This document shows positions 10,442 to 20,822 of a stretch of 64,000 nt of DNA, piece by piece. The position numbers were made by a program, and so were the translations under genes. The notes beneath the pieces are model-generated. The model saw only the letters and a list, made by a program, of their open reading frames with translations. It had not been told where the DNA came from and searched no databases. The DNA is from an uncultured Candidatus Entotheonella sp. (GTDB taxonomy: Bacteria; Tectomicrobia; Entotheonellia; Entotheonellales; Entotheonellaceae): contig CBDCDA010000001.1 in NCBI GenBank assembly GCA_965215335.1, positions 2,016,001 to 2,080,000 on the forward strand. Direction: 5' to 3'. How positions within the stretch are numbered: position 1 is the first letter of the stretch; the number at the start of each line of letters is the position of its first letter.

Positions 10442-11152
10442 ATGACTGTTGGTTCTGACGCAAGAAGGTCGTCCAGCGGTATGTCGCAAGTCAAGCAAGC
10501 ACGGGTATCGCGCAACCTTATCGGCCTCGGGCTGTTGTGCGCCGGCCTCATCTGGTGGCTCGGCGACCGCGTCTGGCGGGCGTCCGACGCCTTGGCCCTG
10601 GGTGCGCTGCTGGCCGTTCCGGGCGCTCTGCTGCACTGGCGCTGGCTGGCCCGACGCATCACGCGGCGCGACCGGCGTTACGAACGCAACAAAATCCCCG
10701 TCAGCTACCTCAACGCTGCCGAGGCCTTCGCCGCCGTGTTCCTGTACAACTACTATTTGGCCATCCCGGTCGTTTTCGGTGTCGTGGTCATCATCGTGAT
10801 AGCAAGCCTGTCGGCCCATTGGTGGACGGTGTTGGGCGCAAGCTGCGGGCTGGCGTGGGCGATGCTTCTGACCGGCCGCATCCTGGTCTACGAATGGCGG
10901 CACGGGGCGCTGTATTACCAGTACGACAGCAGCAACTGGTCCGGCGCCGAGGGAATGCTGTATCAGCGCGGCACCGTGGTGCAGCCGCTCGCCCCGGCGG
11001 GCAAGGTGAACATGCCGGGCGGCGTGTTGTGGAACGCGGTGTCGCAGAGTGGTGAAACGATTGGCAGCGGTGAACCGGTGGAGGTGATCGGGGTGCAACG
11101 CCTGACGCTGTACGTCGACCGGCTGCCCGACCCGAACGGTGCCGACGGGTAA
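10442..11152 (+). CDS. NfeD family membrane protein (C-terminal OB fold)
   Basis: About 4 TM helices, then G.VVQPLAPAGKV...G.LWNAVS..GETI..GEPVEVIGV.RLTLYV. Confidence 0.8.
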   Translation: MTVGSDARRSSSGMSQVKQARVSRNLIGLGLLCAGLIWWLGDRVWRASDALALGALLAVPGALLHWRWLARRITRRDRRYERNKIPVSYLNAAEAFAAVFLYNYYLAIPVVFGVVVIIVIASLSAHWWTVLGASCGLAWAMLLTGRILVYEWRHGALYYQYDSSNWSGAEGMLYQRGTVVQPLAPAGKVNMPGGVLWNAVSQSGETIGSGEPVEVIGVQRLTLYVDRLPDPNGADG

Positions 11153-11198
11153 GGAGAACATACCGGCAGGCCGTGCGGCTTGCGCAGGAGAATGCGTC

Positions 11199-12566
11199 AT
11201 GGACGCCGATGCGATAGGCGGCAAGCTCATCCCGATTGGGCTGGCCATGCTGTTGTACGGGGCATTTCACGGCATCGAGGCAGGTATTCTTGCGGCGCAG
11301 AAAAACCGTCTGCAGCAGATGAAGGAAGCCGGCATGCCGGGCGCGGCAACGGCGTTGCTGATTCGCCAAAGCCCGGAACGCCATCTCACCACCGCGCGCT
11401 TCTTCATGACTCTCATGGGCATCTTCGCCGCCGTGCTGTCCGGCTGGCTGGCGGTGCGTGACGTTTCGCCCTGGATGGGCGCCCACTGGCCATTCGTCGC
11501 TGGCGGTTCCTGGGCGCTCGCCTGTGCCCTTGGCCTGGTTACCGCGGCGCTGAGCTACGTCGCCCTGGTGGCGGGCCAGATCGTACCCAGGGCGCTTGCC
11601 CAGCAGCACCCGGAGTATGTCGTGCGGGTAACCGCGTGGCCGCTTCACGTCCTGACGCAAGGTTGCGGCGTGGCGCGTACCGTCGTGGCGTGGTCGTCGT
11701 CCGTCGTCCTCCGATTGTTGGGCCAGCGGGGAGTTTCAGAAGCCGCGCCGACGATACCCATGATGACCGAGGAAGACGTGACCAGCCTCGTGCGCGAGGG
11801 AGCCGAGCGGGGCATATTCGAGGAAGTCGAGCAGGAGCTCATCGAGGGCGTCTTTGAATTCACCGATACCGCGGCGCGCGAAGTCATGGTGCCGCGGGTG
11901 CGCATCCAGGCACTGGAGGTCACCACGCCGCCCGAGGAGGTCACCCGCAGGCTCGTGGATATCGGGCACACGCGGGTCCCGGTCTACCGCGGCGACCTCG
12001 ACCACATCCTCGGCGTGCTCTATTTCAAGGACGTTCTGCGCGTGGTCATCGAAAACCAGCCGTGGACCGTGCAAAGCCTGCTGCACCCGCCGCTGTACGT
12101 GCCGGAAACGGTGCAGATCAGCCGGGTGTTGCGCACCCTGCAGCAGCGTCATCTGAACATGGCCATTGTGGTGGACGAGCACGGCGGGGTGGCGGGATTG
12201 GTCACCATCGAAGACCTGTTGGAGCAGTTGGTAGGAGACCTGCCGGACGAAGCGCAACCGGAGGCCAATGCCGCGGTCGCGCGGTTGCCCGACGGCGCTC
12301 TGGTGGTGCAGGGCAATACGCCGCTGTGGGACCTGCGGGAGCACTACGATTTGCCGGTGGAAGAGGCGCCGGATTACCAGACTTTGGCGGGCATGTTGTT
12401 GACGCGACTGGGGCACATTCCGCAGGGGGGCGAGTCGATCACCGAGCATGGCTACACCTTCACCGTGGTCGATATGCACGGCCCCCGCATCGCGCGCATC
12501 AAAGTCGAAAGACGCACTTCGGGCGACGCCTCCCCGGCGCCCGCGCCGCAGAGCACGGAGCCGTAA
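11199..12566 (+). CDS. Hemolysin family / CNNM-CBS-CorC transporter-associated protein
   Basis: DUF21 TM region, REVMVPR, HTRVPVY, MAIVVDEHGG..GLVTIEDLLE, YQTLAG. Confidence 0.92.
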   Translation: MDADAIGGKLIPIGLAMLLYGAFHGIEAGILAAQKNRLQQMKEAGMPGAATALLIRQSPERHLTTARFFMTLMGIFAAVLSGWLAVRDVSPWMGAHWPFVAGGSWALACALGLVTAALSYVALVAGQIVPRALAQQHPEYVVRVTAWPLHVLTQGCGVARTVVAWSSSVVLRLLGQRGVSEAAPTIPMMTEEDVTSLVREGAERGIFEEVEQELIEGVFEFTDTAAREVMVPRVRIQALEVTTPPEEVTRRLVDIGHTRVPVYRGDLDHILGVLYFKDVLRVVIENQPWTVQSLLHPPLYVPETVQISRVLRTLQQRHLNMAIVVDEHGGVAGLVTIEDLLEQLVGDLPDEAQPEANAAVARLPDGALVVQGNTPLWDLREHYDLPVEEAPDYQTLAGMLLTRLGHIPQGGESITEHGYTFTVVDMHGPRIARIKVERRTSGDASPAPAPQSTEP

Positions 12567-12585
12567 GCCGGGGCGGGCGCAACCG

Positions 12586-13386
12586 TCAACGCCCGATGAA
12601 GCGCGGTGGGCGTTTCTCCCGAAACGCCGCCGCGCCTTCCGCGCGGTCCTGCGAGCGTCCGGCAATCGCCTGGTTGCGCGCCTCCAGGTTGAGCACGTCT
12701 TCCAGCGACATTTCCAGCCCCTGATACACCGCGGATTTGGCCATGCCGTAGGCCAGTGTCGGCCCCTGCGCCAGGCGCTCGGCCAGCCTGTCGGTTTCCG
12801 CTTGGAGTTCGTACGCCGGCTTGACCCAATTGACCAAGCCGATGCGCAGCGCCTCGTCGGCGTCAATGACGTCGGCCAGCATGACAAGTTCCATGGCCTT
12901 GGCGATGCCGACCAGGCGGGGCAGGAAATAGCTGCCGCCGCCGTCGGGAACCAGCCCTCTGAGGCTGAACACCTCGCCAAACCGGGCGCTGTCCGCGGCG
13001 ATGCGCAGGTCGGCGGCCAGGGCCAGGTTGCAACCGGCGCCGACCGCAACGCCGTTGACGCTGGCGACCACCGGCTTGGGCATCCGCTGCAGTCGCAGGA
13101 TGCAGCGGTGCAGCCGCTCTACCACCCCGCCCCCGAGGTCGCCGTCGAAAAACTTGCGCTCGGCGTCCTGGCCGCGGTCGCGTTTCTGATCGCCACCGGA
13201 CGAAAAGGCCCGCCCCGTCCCCGTCAGTACCACCGCCCGTACCGTGGCGTCGGCCGCGATGTCCGGCAACAAGCGCTCGAATTCCGCCATCATCGCCTCG
13301 TTCATGGCGTTAAGCGTTTCGGGGCGATTCAGCCGCAGGGTCGCGACGCCGTCGCGCCGTTCGTAGACCACCGGACCCTCTGTCAT
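12586..13386 (-). CDS. Enoyl-CoA hydratase/isomerase (PaaG-like)
   Basis: LNRPETLNA, GRAFSSGGD, VNGVAVGAG, GLVPDGGG, AFREKRPPRF; AAGGAG RBS. Confidence 0.92.
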   Translation of the reverse strand: MTEGPVVYERRDGVATLRLNRPETLNAMNEAMMAEFERLLPDIAADATVRAVVLTGTGRAFSSGGDQKRDRGQDAERKFFDGDLGGGVVERLHRCILRLQRMPKPVVASVNGVAVGAGCNLALAADLRIAADSARFGEVFSLRGLVPDGGGSYFLPRLVGIAKAMELVMLADVIDADEALRIGLVNWVKPAYELQAETDRLAERLAQGPTLAYGMAKSAVYQGLEMSLEDVLNLEARNQAIAGRSQDRAEGAAAFREKRPPRFIGR

Positions 13387-13412
13387 CTCGACTCCTTCCC
13401 CGGCTTCTATCG

Positions 13413-14576
13413 TTACGCGGTCGCCGGGCTTTCCAGGGTGTGCAAAAGGGTGAAAAACAGTTGCTTCACGCCGCCCGGGATCGGGCCGCATTCGATGTAT
13501 TCCTTGACGGTGTGCGCCAGGCCGCCGCGCGTAATGCCCAGGCACACCGAGGGAATTCCCAGGCTGAGCGGCAAATTGGCATCGGTGCTGGAGGCGCTGA
13601 AGACCGCCGGCCGCATGCGCAGGCGTCTGCGGATTCCCACGATGCCCTTGCACAGCGGGTGTGACACCGGCAGCGCCGCTGCCGGGCGCCGGCCGACAAC
13701 GGCGCTCTCCATGCTCACCCCGGTGTGACGCTCGACGTCTTTCAGCAGATGGGCCACGCGAGCTTCCAACTGCGCCAGGTGGCGCGCCGACACCGAACGC
13801 AGGTCCACCAGCATGGTAGCGCGCGGCGCGATGGTATTGACGCTGGCGCCGCCCTCGACGATCCCAACGTTGAACGTGGTTCTGGGATTGGCGGACACCC
13901 TGAACCGCGACAGCTTGTGAATGACCGTGCCCATGGCGTGAATGGCGCTAGGGGTGCCGAAGGCACCCCAACTGTGGCCGCCGGGACCGCTGAAGGTCAC
14001 CTTCAGCCGGGTACTGCCGATGCCCGCGTGGCGGATTTCGTCAACGCCGTGTCCCTCGACCGCGATGACCGTATCCACATCGTGCCCCCAGGTTTCCATC
14101 AGCCCCCGAATGCCGCGCAGGTTACCCAATCCTTCTTCGCCGACGCTGGCGGCGAAGATGACGCGCCCCGTTGCCTCGGGTCGAAAAGTCTGCATGGCCG
14201 CCGCCACGTTGAGCATCGCCGTCACCGCCAGAGAGTTATCGCCGATGCCGGGACCGTAGAGGCGTTGCTTGGTACGCCGCACGTGCAGAGGGGTGGCGCG
14301 CGGAAACACGGTGTCGAGGTGGGCCACCACCAGCGTCGTCGGTCCCGTGTCGCCATAGTTCAGCACACCGCTGACGTTGTGAATGGCGTCGACCTGCACG
14401 TCGCTCAATGCGATGGTGCGCATGCGCTCGGCCACGTAGACGGCGCGTTCGGCCTCATCGAACGTCGGCGCCGGGATGTGGCACAGACGCAACGTTTCCT
14501 CCAACAACTGCTCGTGGGTATCCGCAAACCAGGACATGCAATCAGCGACCGACGACGACGGAACTTCTGTCACCAT
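13413..14576 (-). CDS. M20/M25/M40 family metallo-hydrolase
   Basis: AHLDTVF, GPGIGDN, VGEEGLG, GGHSW, STDAN, AHT. Confidence 0.9.
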   Translation of the reverse strand: MVTEVPSSSVADCMSWFADTHEQLLEETLRLCHIPAPTFDEAERAVYVAERMRTIALSDVQVDAIHNVSGVLNYGDTGPTTLVVAHLDTVFPRATPLHVRRTKQRLYGPGIGDNSLAVTAMLNVAAAMQTFRPEATGRVIFAASVGEEGLGNLRGIRGLMETWGHDVDTVIAVEGHGVDEIRHAGIGSTRLKVTFSGPGGHSWGAFGTPSAIHAMGTVIHKLSRFRVSANPRTTFNVGIVEGGASVNTIAPRATMLVDLRSVSARHLAQLEARVAHLLKDVERHTGVSMESAVVGRRPAAALPVSHPLCKGIVGIRRRLRMRPAVFSASSTDANLPLSLGIPSVCLGITRGGLAHTVKEYIECGPIPGGVKQLFFTLLHTLESPATA

Positions 14577-14642
14577 GCCTTTCTCCCAATGGCCGACGTT
14601 CTGGACCGCCGGCTATCTCACGACCCCGCTCGCCCTTTGACG

Positions 14643-15074
14643 TTATGGCAGCAGGATAAACCCCATGACGGCTACCCCGAGCGAGACGAACAGCCCCAGG
14701 TACGCCAGAAAGCCATGCACGTCCCGCACGTCCGCGTAATGCCGCGTGCCACGCCGCAGCCGCCAGCCCATGTAACCGCCGCCCAGAAACAGCAATAACG
14801 CCAGCGTGCCAAAGAAAAAATGCGCCGACCGAAACGGCGCCTGCGCGCGAAACAGCCACATGCTGACCAGCCCGAACACGTAGCCGGCTACCAGACAGCC
14901 AAGGAACAGCCATCCCAGTTGCGTATGCCGCCACATCACACCTTGCGGCTGCTCCAGGCGCCGAGGACCGAGGCGATCTTTCTTCAAGGCCAGACCCAGA
15001 CGCAACGTCGCCACGGCGATGACCAGCACGAGCACTTGCATGACAGGGTGAAGGTACGCGAGCAGATCGTTCAT
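14643..15074 (-). CDS. DUF4079-like 4-TM membrane protein with conserved His residues
   Basis: YLHP, WRHTQLG, RSAHFFFG and DVHGFL in four hydrophobic helices. Confidence 0.7.
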   Translation of the reverse strand: MNDLLAYLHPVMQVLVLVIAVATLRLGLALKKDRLGPRRLEQPQGVMWRHTQLGWLFLGCLVAGYVFGLVSMWLFRAQAPFRSAHFFFGTLALLLFLGGGYMGWRLRRGTRHYADVRDVHGFLAYLGLFVSLGVAVMGFILLP

Positions 15075-15250
15075 GTGCCCCTATGCCAAGGTGGGAATCC
15101 AGCTCCACGAAGTGGCTCGGCTTTTGCGGTGGGCTACTATACTATCTGGTTTATGCCCCTGTCACCTGCCCCCGAATCTCGGGGCGACGGACGGGCGATA
15201 CGTAGCGGCAACGGCACGACAGGCGTTCCAGCAAGGGAAGGAGAATCCAG

Positions 15251-16204
15251 GTGCATTATCGGCGGTTGGGACGGACGGAATTGCAGGTGTCGGAGGTGGG
15301 GTTTGGCGCCTGGGGCATCGGTGGCAACGCCCACGGCCACAGCTACGGCCCGACTGACAACTCGGAGTCGCTGCGCGCCGTGGCCCGCGCCTTCGATCTG
15401 GGCTGCACGTTTTTCGACACCGCTGACGTGTACGGCCACGGCCTCAGCGAAACGCTGCTTGGCCAGGCCCTGGCCAAGCAGCGTTCGGCCTGCGTCATTG
15501 CCACCAAGGTGGGATGCGATTTCTACCACGGACCGTTCCGCAAGAACTTCGACCCCGACTACGTCCGCTCGGCGCTGGACAAGAGCCTGCAACGCCTGCG
15601 CACGGACTACATCGACCTGTACCAACTGCACAACCCGCCACTGATGATGCTGGAGCGCGGTGAGCACTACGAGGTGATGGACGACCTGAAACAGCAGGGC
15701 AAGATTCGCTATTACGGCGTCTCGGTGCACGACGCCTACGAGGGCAGCATGGCCATCCACACGGGCAAGCCGGACGCCCTGCAGGTGGAGTACAACCTGC
15801 TGCGGCAGGACCCGCGCGAGGAGCTTTTCCCGGAGGCGCGGGACCATGATGTCGGCCTGATCATCCGCTCGCCCCTGTGCAGCGGCATACTGAGCGGCAA
15901 CTACACGGCGGACACCACGTTCGACCCCAGCGACGTGCGCGCTTCCTGGCCGCCGGGCTACCTCGCCCTGCAAGCGGGCGTGGCCAATGGTGCCCGCTTT
16001 CTGGCCACGGAGCAGCGCTCGCTGGCGCAGGCGGCGCTGCGGTTCGTCCTGGATGCGCCGGAGGTTTCCGTGGTCATTCCCGGGATTAAAACGGTTGCGC
16101 AGGTGGAGGAAAACCTGGCCGTCAGCGACCTGCCGGAACTCACGGCTGATGAGCGGGAGGGGATTCGCCAAGGGTTGGAAGAAATTGGCGAGGATTTTCC
16201 GTAA
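15251..16204 (+). CDS. Aldo/keto reductase
   Basis: YRRLGRT, FFDTADVYG, IATKVG, SLQRLRTDYIDLYQLH, VIPG. Confidence 0.93.
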   Translation: MHYRRLGRTELQVSEVGFGAWGIGGNAHGHSYGPTDNSESLRAVARAFDLGCTFFDTADVYGHGLSETLLGQALAKQRSACVIATKVGCDFYHGPFRKNFDPDYVRSALDKSLQRLRTDYIDLYQLHNPPLMMLERGEHYEVMDDLKQQGKIRYYGVSVHDAYEGSMAIHTGKPDALQVEYNLLRQDPREELFPEARDHDVGLIIRSPLCSGILSGNYTADTTFDPSDVRASWPPGYLALQAGVANGARFLATEQRSLAQAALRFVLDAPEVSVVIPGIKTVAQVEENLAVSDLPELTADEREGIRQGLEEIGEDFP

Positions 16205-16379
16205 TCGACTTGACGGTGGATTCTGCCTTTGTGATACGCCCAACGATGTCATAATATAGGGCCAGGGTGACACTGAATACAGCCTTGGCGGAAGGGGCCG
16301 GTTCCAGGCTTGATTTTGTCCATCCCACGCCGCACCTGCCGATTTGCCGATTGTGCCCCCAGATCAGGAGCCCGTGCCT

Positions 16380-17030
16380 ATGTTGAGATTCTCGGAGGAG
16401 ATGCTGCTGCTTCTGCTTGATGACAAGGGTAGGGAGTTCGCCGACATACCCATGCTGTCGTTCAAGTTCGCGCTCGCTGGCGCAGTTCTGATGGATTTGG
16501 CGATAGAGGGCCGAATCGATACCGATGAGGACCGGCTCTTCGTTACCGACCCGACACCGCTTGGCGATGATTTGCTGGATCCGACGCTTGCCCGCATCGT
16601 GGAATCGACGGAGACGTACGACACCCGCCACTGGGTCGAGCAGATAAGCGCCTCTGCGGTCGAGATTCGCGAACGCTCCCTCGCACGCCTCGTCGAGCGC
16701 GGGGTTTTGCGCCGAGAGGATGACCATTTCTTATGGGTGTTTCAGACACGCCGCTATCCGGTTATCAATAACCAGACCATACGGGAGGTAAAGCTGCGGA
16801 TCATGGAGGTCCTGTTCAGCGACGAGATCCCGGATGTGCGCGACATCATCATCATCTCCCTTGCCGACGTGTGCGACATCTTCAGAACCCTGCTTTCCCG
16901 GCACGAGTTGCAGGGTGCCACCCCACGTATTGAGCAGGTTCGCAAGATGGACCTGATCGGCCGCGAGGTCTCGAAAGCGGTGCGGGACATCGAATCATCC
17001 CTCGCCGTCGCCATGTGGCCCATGCACTGA
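16380..17030 (+). CDS. GPP34 (GOLPH3/Vps74-like) family protein
   Basis: EEMLLLLLDD, LAGAVLMDLA..GRI, PLGDDLLD, LVERGVL, F.TRRYP. Confidence 0.85.
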   Translation: MLRFSEEMLLLLLDDKGREFADIPMLSFKFALAGAVLMDLAIEGRIDTDEDRLFVTDPTPLGDDLLDPTLARIVESTETYDTRHWVEQISASAVEIRERSLARLVERGVLRREDDHFLWVFQTRRYPVINNQTIREVKLRIMEVLFSDEIPDVRDIIIISLADVCDIFRTLLSRHELQGATPRIEQVRKMDLIGREVSKAVRDIESSLAVAMWPMH

Positions 17031-17130
17031 TGGCGGCGCGGTCCTCCGTTCAGCCCCGAACTTCTGGGCCACAGCTCGTCGCTGTCGCTGTCGTGCGTAC
17101 GATTCAAGGGCGTTCATTTGGGAGTCAAGA

Positions 17131-18000
17131 ATGCAGGCGTACTTGCCGGAGGTGCGGCGTATTGCTGGGGAAGCAGCCGAGACCGTCCTGGAGGTTTATC
17201 AGTCGGCGGCGTTTCGGGTGGCCGTCAAGGAGGATTTCTCACCGCTGACGCAGGCGGATCTGGCGTCGCACCGGCATATTGTGGCCGGGCTGGAGTGTCT
17301 GGCGCCGGAGTTGCCGGTACTGTCGGAGGAATCGCAGGGCATTACGTACGACGAACGCCGCCACTGGGACACGTTCTGGCTGGTCGACCCGCTGGACGGG
17401 ACGAAGGAGTTTCTGCGCCGCAACGGCGAATTCACCATCAACATCGCCTTGATTCGCGGGCACCGGCCGGTCCTGGGGGTGGTGCACCTGCCGGTGTCGG
17501 GTCAGACATACTGGGCGGTCGAAGGGAGGGGCGCGTTCAGGTCGGCCGACGGCGACACCGCCCGGCTGCAGGCCGCGCAAACCGTCGCTCAGCCCGTGAA
17601 GGTAGTGGCCAGCCGTTCACATTCGTCGACGCCGACCATGGTGTTTCTGGACAGGATGGCGCGCGAGCACGACCTGACGGTGGTATCCAGGGGTAGCGCG
17701 CTGAAACTCTGCATGGTCGCGGAAGGCGAGGCCGACCTCTATCCCCGGCTAGCCCCGACCATGGAATGGGACACCGCGGCGGCACAGTGCGTCGTCGAAC
17801 AGGCCGGTGGCCGCGTTACCACACTGGGCAACGAGCCCCTGCGCTACAACAAGAAAGACCTGCTCAACCCGTTCTTCATGGTCGCCGGCCCCGCCACTGC
17901 GCCGCTGTGGCCGGCGTATGTGTCCGGACTTGACGCTGCGCCCAGGCGGCCAACTGACCGGCATAGGCACTGTCAGCCCAGATCAGAGCCAAACGGCTGA
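17131..18000 (+). CDS. cysQ: 3'(2'),5'-bisphosphate nucleotidase
   Basis: SPLTQAD, LSEE, WLVDPLDGTKEF, GSALK, PTMEWDTAA, LRYNK. Confidence 0.93.
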   Translation: MQAYLPEVRRIAGEAAETVLEVYQSAAFRVAVKEDFSPLTQADLASHRHIVAGLECLAPELPVLSEESQGITYDERRHWDTFWLVDPLDGTKEFLRRNGEFTINIALIRGHRPVLGVVHLPVSGQTYWAVEGRGAFRSADGDTARLQAAQTVAQPVKVVASRSHSSTPTMVFLDRMAREHDLTVVSRGSALKLCMVAEGEADLYPRLAPTMEWDTAAAQCVVEQAGGRVTTLGNEPLRYNKKDLLNPFFMVAGPATAPLWPAYVSGLDAAPRRPTDRHRHCQPRSEPNG

Positions 18001-18024
18001 AGCGGCCTTCGAGGGCGGCCGCTT

Positions 18025-18135
18025 CAGCTTGGCGCCATCCCGATCTCGCATGCTGGCGCGGTGAACGATGACCAAGAGCAGGAGCCCCATCGTGTCAACG
18101 ACAAGATGACGTTTTCGCCCATTGACCTTAATGCC
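18025..18135 (-). pseudogene. IS5 family (IS1031-like) transposase fragment
   Basis: KVNGRKRHLVVDTMGLLLLVIVHRASMRDRDGAKL matches the DDE core; only about 37 codons remain. Confidence 0.8.
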
Positions 18136-18261
18136 TGAGCGGGCATCCCGACGTATGCGCCACCGGCTACGTGAGCCGCTCATCCGACACGACGCCGCGC
18201 CTCAGACTCAACGGCGAGCGGCTGATTCCCTTCGCCGACGTCGGTTTGTCGATCATCCAGG

Positions 18262-18671
18262 GCGCGCGCACAACCTCGGCGCCACCGACGTCATCGATTC
18301 CAGCAAGGGAGACTTCCAGCAAGTGAGACACTGTCGCCCAGCTACGCGAACTCACGGGCGGTCGGGCTGCCCATCCTGGTCCGCCAGGCGGTTGAATCCC
18401 TCGCCATCCGCGACGGCGACCATCGTCGGGGTGCCACCCGACGGCTCCGAGCTGTCGTTCCCCTTCAGCGCCATCCGGCCCGAGTGCAAGGTGCAGACCT
18501 CGCGCATGGGCTCCAACCAGTTCCACCTGGAATTCTACCGCCAAGGGCGCCTCAACCTCGACGACATGGTGAGCAGACGGGGCCGCCTGGAAGACATCAA
18601 CGAAAGCCTTCCGGGCCATGAAGGCGGGCGAGGTGGCGCGCACCGTTTTGACCTTCGACGGCGTGTGTTGA
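18262..18671 (+). pseudogene. C-terminal remnant of a Zn-dependent alcohol dehydrogenase
   Basis: LGATDVID, ATIVGVP, FYRQGRLNLDDMVSRR..LEDINE, then a +1 frameshift near 18604 to AFRAMKAGEVARTVLTF. N-terminus absent. Confidence 0.8.
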
Positions 18672-18741
18672 CATGCGGGTCCGTATGGTTTAGAACCACA
18701 TTTCCATACCCCCAACCCAAGGCGGAAAAACACGCACCTAC

Positions 18742-19962
18742 ATGAGGAGTCCATCGTTGGCGTACGAAGCACAAATCGAAGCCGGCAAAGCGCACTTTGG
18801 CCGGGTCATGGCCGAGCAACTCGAGCGGGTGGAGCGCCTCAAGCAGCAGCCCGGCTGGCTCGACTTCAGCACGATCAGCCCTATTGTCATCGGCATTCTG
18901 GGCGGCGACGGCATTGGCCCGACCATCGCCGAAGAGTCGAAAAAGGTCCTGGAATACCTGCTGCGCGATCAGGTGACGAGCGGCAAGGTGGTCTTCCGCG
19001 TCATCGACGGCCTGACTATCGAAAACCGCGCCGCGCACCTGCAATCCATCCCCGATGACGTGCTGGCCGAGATCAAGGAATGCCACGTGACGCTGAAAGG
19101 CCCGACCCACACCCCGGAGCAGGGCGACGGCTGGCCGAACCTCGAAAGCGCCAACGTCGGCATGCGCAAGGCCCTCGACCTGTTCGCCAACGTGCGCCCC
19201 GTGCGCGTGCCCTCCCAGGGCATCGATTGGACGTTTTTCCGCGAAAACACCGAGGACATGTACGCCGTCGGCAGCCAGGGCGTGAACGTTACGGACGATC
19301 TGGCGATCGACTTCCGCGTCATCACCTCGCAGGGCTCCGAGCGCATCATCGACGCCGCCTTCGCGCACGCCAGGCATACCGGCAAGGACTCGGTGACCAT
19401 CGTCACCAAAGCCAACATCGTCAAGACGACCGACGGCAAGTTCCTCGATATCGCCCGCAAGGTGGCGGAGAACTATCCGGGCATCTCGTGGGAGGGATGG
19501 TACATCGACATCATGACCGCAGCGCTCATCAATCCGGCGCGCCAGCGGCAGTTCCAGGTGCTCGCCCTGCCCAACCTGTACGGCGACATCCTGACGGACG
19601 AGGCGGCCCAGATTCAGGGCGGCGTCGGCACCGCCGGCAGCGCCAACGTCGGCAAGGTGTACGCCATGTTCGAGGCCATCCACGGCAGCGCCCCGCGCAT
19701 GGTGCAGGAAGGCCGCGCGCAGTACGCCGATCCCAGCTCGATGGTGCGGGCCGGCGCCATGCTGATGGAGCACATCGGCTTTCAGGAGTCCGGCGCCCGG
19801 CTGCACAAGGCCCTGGACATCTGCGGCCAGTACGAGCGCAGCGTGGCCATGACGGGCCGCAGCAGCGGCGCCACGAGCGGCGAATACGGCCAGTACCTCA
19901 TGGCAACCGTGGAGGATTCCGGCATGGAAGCCAAGTGGGAATCCTTCGTCAATGCCGGCTGA
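18742..19962 (+). CDS. Isocitrate/isopropylmalate family dehydrogenase (probable isocitrate dehydrogenase)
   Basis: GDGIGP, LKGPTHTP, SANVGMRKALDLFANVRP, FRENTED.Y, TKANIVK, PNLYGDILTD, FEAIHGSAP. Confidence 0.9.
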   Translation: MRSPSLAYEAQIEAGKAHFGRVMAEQLERVERLKQQPGWLDFSTISPIVIGILGGDGIGPTIAEESKKVLEYLLRDQVTSGKVVFRVIDGLTIENRAAHLQSIPDDVLAEIKECHVTLKGPTHTPEQGDGWPNLESANVGMRKALDLFANVRPVRVPSQGIDWTFFRENTEDMYAVGSQGVNVTDDLAIDFRVITSQGSERIIDAAFAHARHTGKDSVTIVTKANIVKTTDGKFLDIARKVAENYPGISWEGWYIDIMTAALINPARQRQFQVLALPNLYGDILTDEAAQIQGGVGTAGSANVGKVYAMFEAIHGSAPRMVQEGRAQYADPSSMVRAGAMLMEHIGFQESGARLHKALDICGQYERSVAMTGRSSGATSGEYGQYLMATVEDSGMEAKWESFVNAG

Positions 19963-19980
19963 GTTCGGAACTGCCGGCGC

Positions 19981-20739
19981 ATGCGCTTCCGCCCTTGCAT
20001 CGACCTGCACAACGGGGTCGTCAAGCAGATCGTCGGCGCCTCCTGGCACGACGGTGCTGACCCGCAGACCCATTTCGCAACCAATCAACCCGCCTCTTAT
20101 TTCGCCGACCGCTACCGCCAGGACGGACTGCACGGCGGTCACGTCATCATGCTCGGCCCGGGCAACGAGGCTGCTGCTGCTGCTGCCGTGACCGCCTTTC
20201 CCGGTGGCCTGCAGGTGGGCGGCGGCATCAATCCGCAAAACGCCGCGGCGTGGCTGCAACGCGGCGCCGTCGGCGTCATCGTCACCTCCTACCTGTTTCA
20301 AGACGGCAGACTGAGCCGCGACCGGCTGCAGGACATGGTCGACGCCGTCGGCGCCTCCCGCCTCATCCTCGATCTCAGTTGCCGCAAGATGGACGGGCGC
20401 TACGTCGCCATGACCGACCGATGGCAGAGTGCCACCGACCTGGAAATCAACGCATCGACGCTGGCCGATCTGGCCCCCAGCTGCTGCGAGTTTCTCATCC
20501 ACGCGACCGCCGTGGAGGGCCGCCAGGCGGGCATCGACGCCGAGATCGTGTCGCTGCTCGGGCGCATCGCACCGCTGCCGGTCACGTATGCCGGGGGCAT
20601 TCGCAGCATGTCGGACGTTAAGCAGATCCGGGAACTCGGCCAGGATCGGTTGGATTTCACGGTGGGAAGCGCCCTCGACCTGTTCGGCGGCAGCGGGCTG
20701 CGCTACACGGACCTGGTAGCTCTCGGCCGGCAAAGCTGA
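19981..20739 (+). CDS. hisA: ProFAR isomerase, eukaryotic His6-type
   Basis: MRFRPCIDLHNGVVKQIVG, GGHVIMLG, LQVGGGI, VIVTSY, LDLSCR, TYAGG, DFTVGSALDLFGG. Confidence 0.92.
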   Translation: MRFRPCIDLHNGVVKQIVGASWHDGADPQTHFATNQPASYFADRYRQDGLHGGHVIMLGPGNEAAAAAAVTAFPGGLQVGGGINPQNAAAWLQRGAVGVIVTSYLFQDGRLSRDRLQDMVDAVGASRLILDLSCRKMDGRYVAMTDRWQSATDLEINASTLADLAPSCCEFLIHATAVEGRQAGIDAEIVSLLGRIAPLPVTYAGGIRSMSDVKQIRELGQDRLDFTVGSALDLFGGSGLRYTDLVALGRQS

Positions 20740-20822
20740 GCGTCATCCTTTTCCTGCTTTCCAGGCACTTGCACGCCTCGCGGAAACGCGCTTCAATGCG
20801 CGCCGATTTGGGGGAGAATCCT

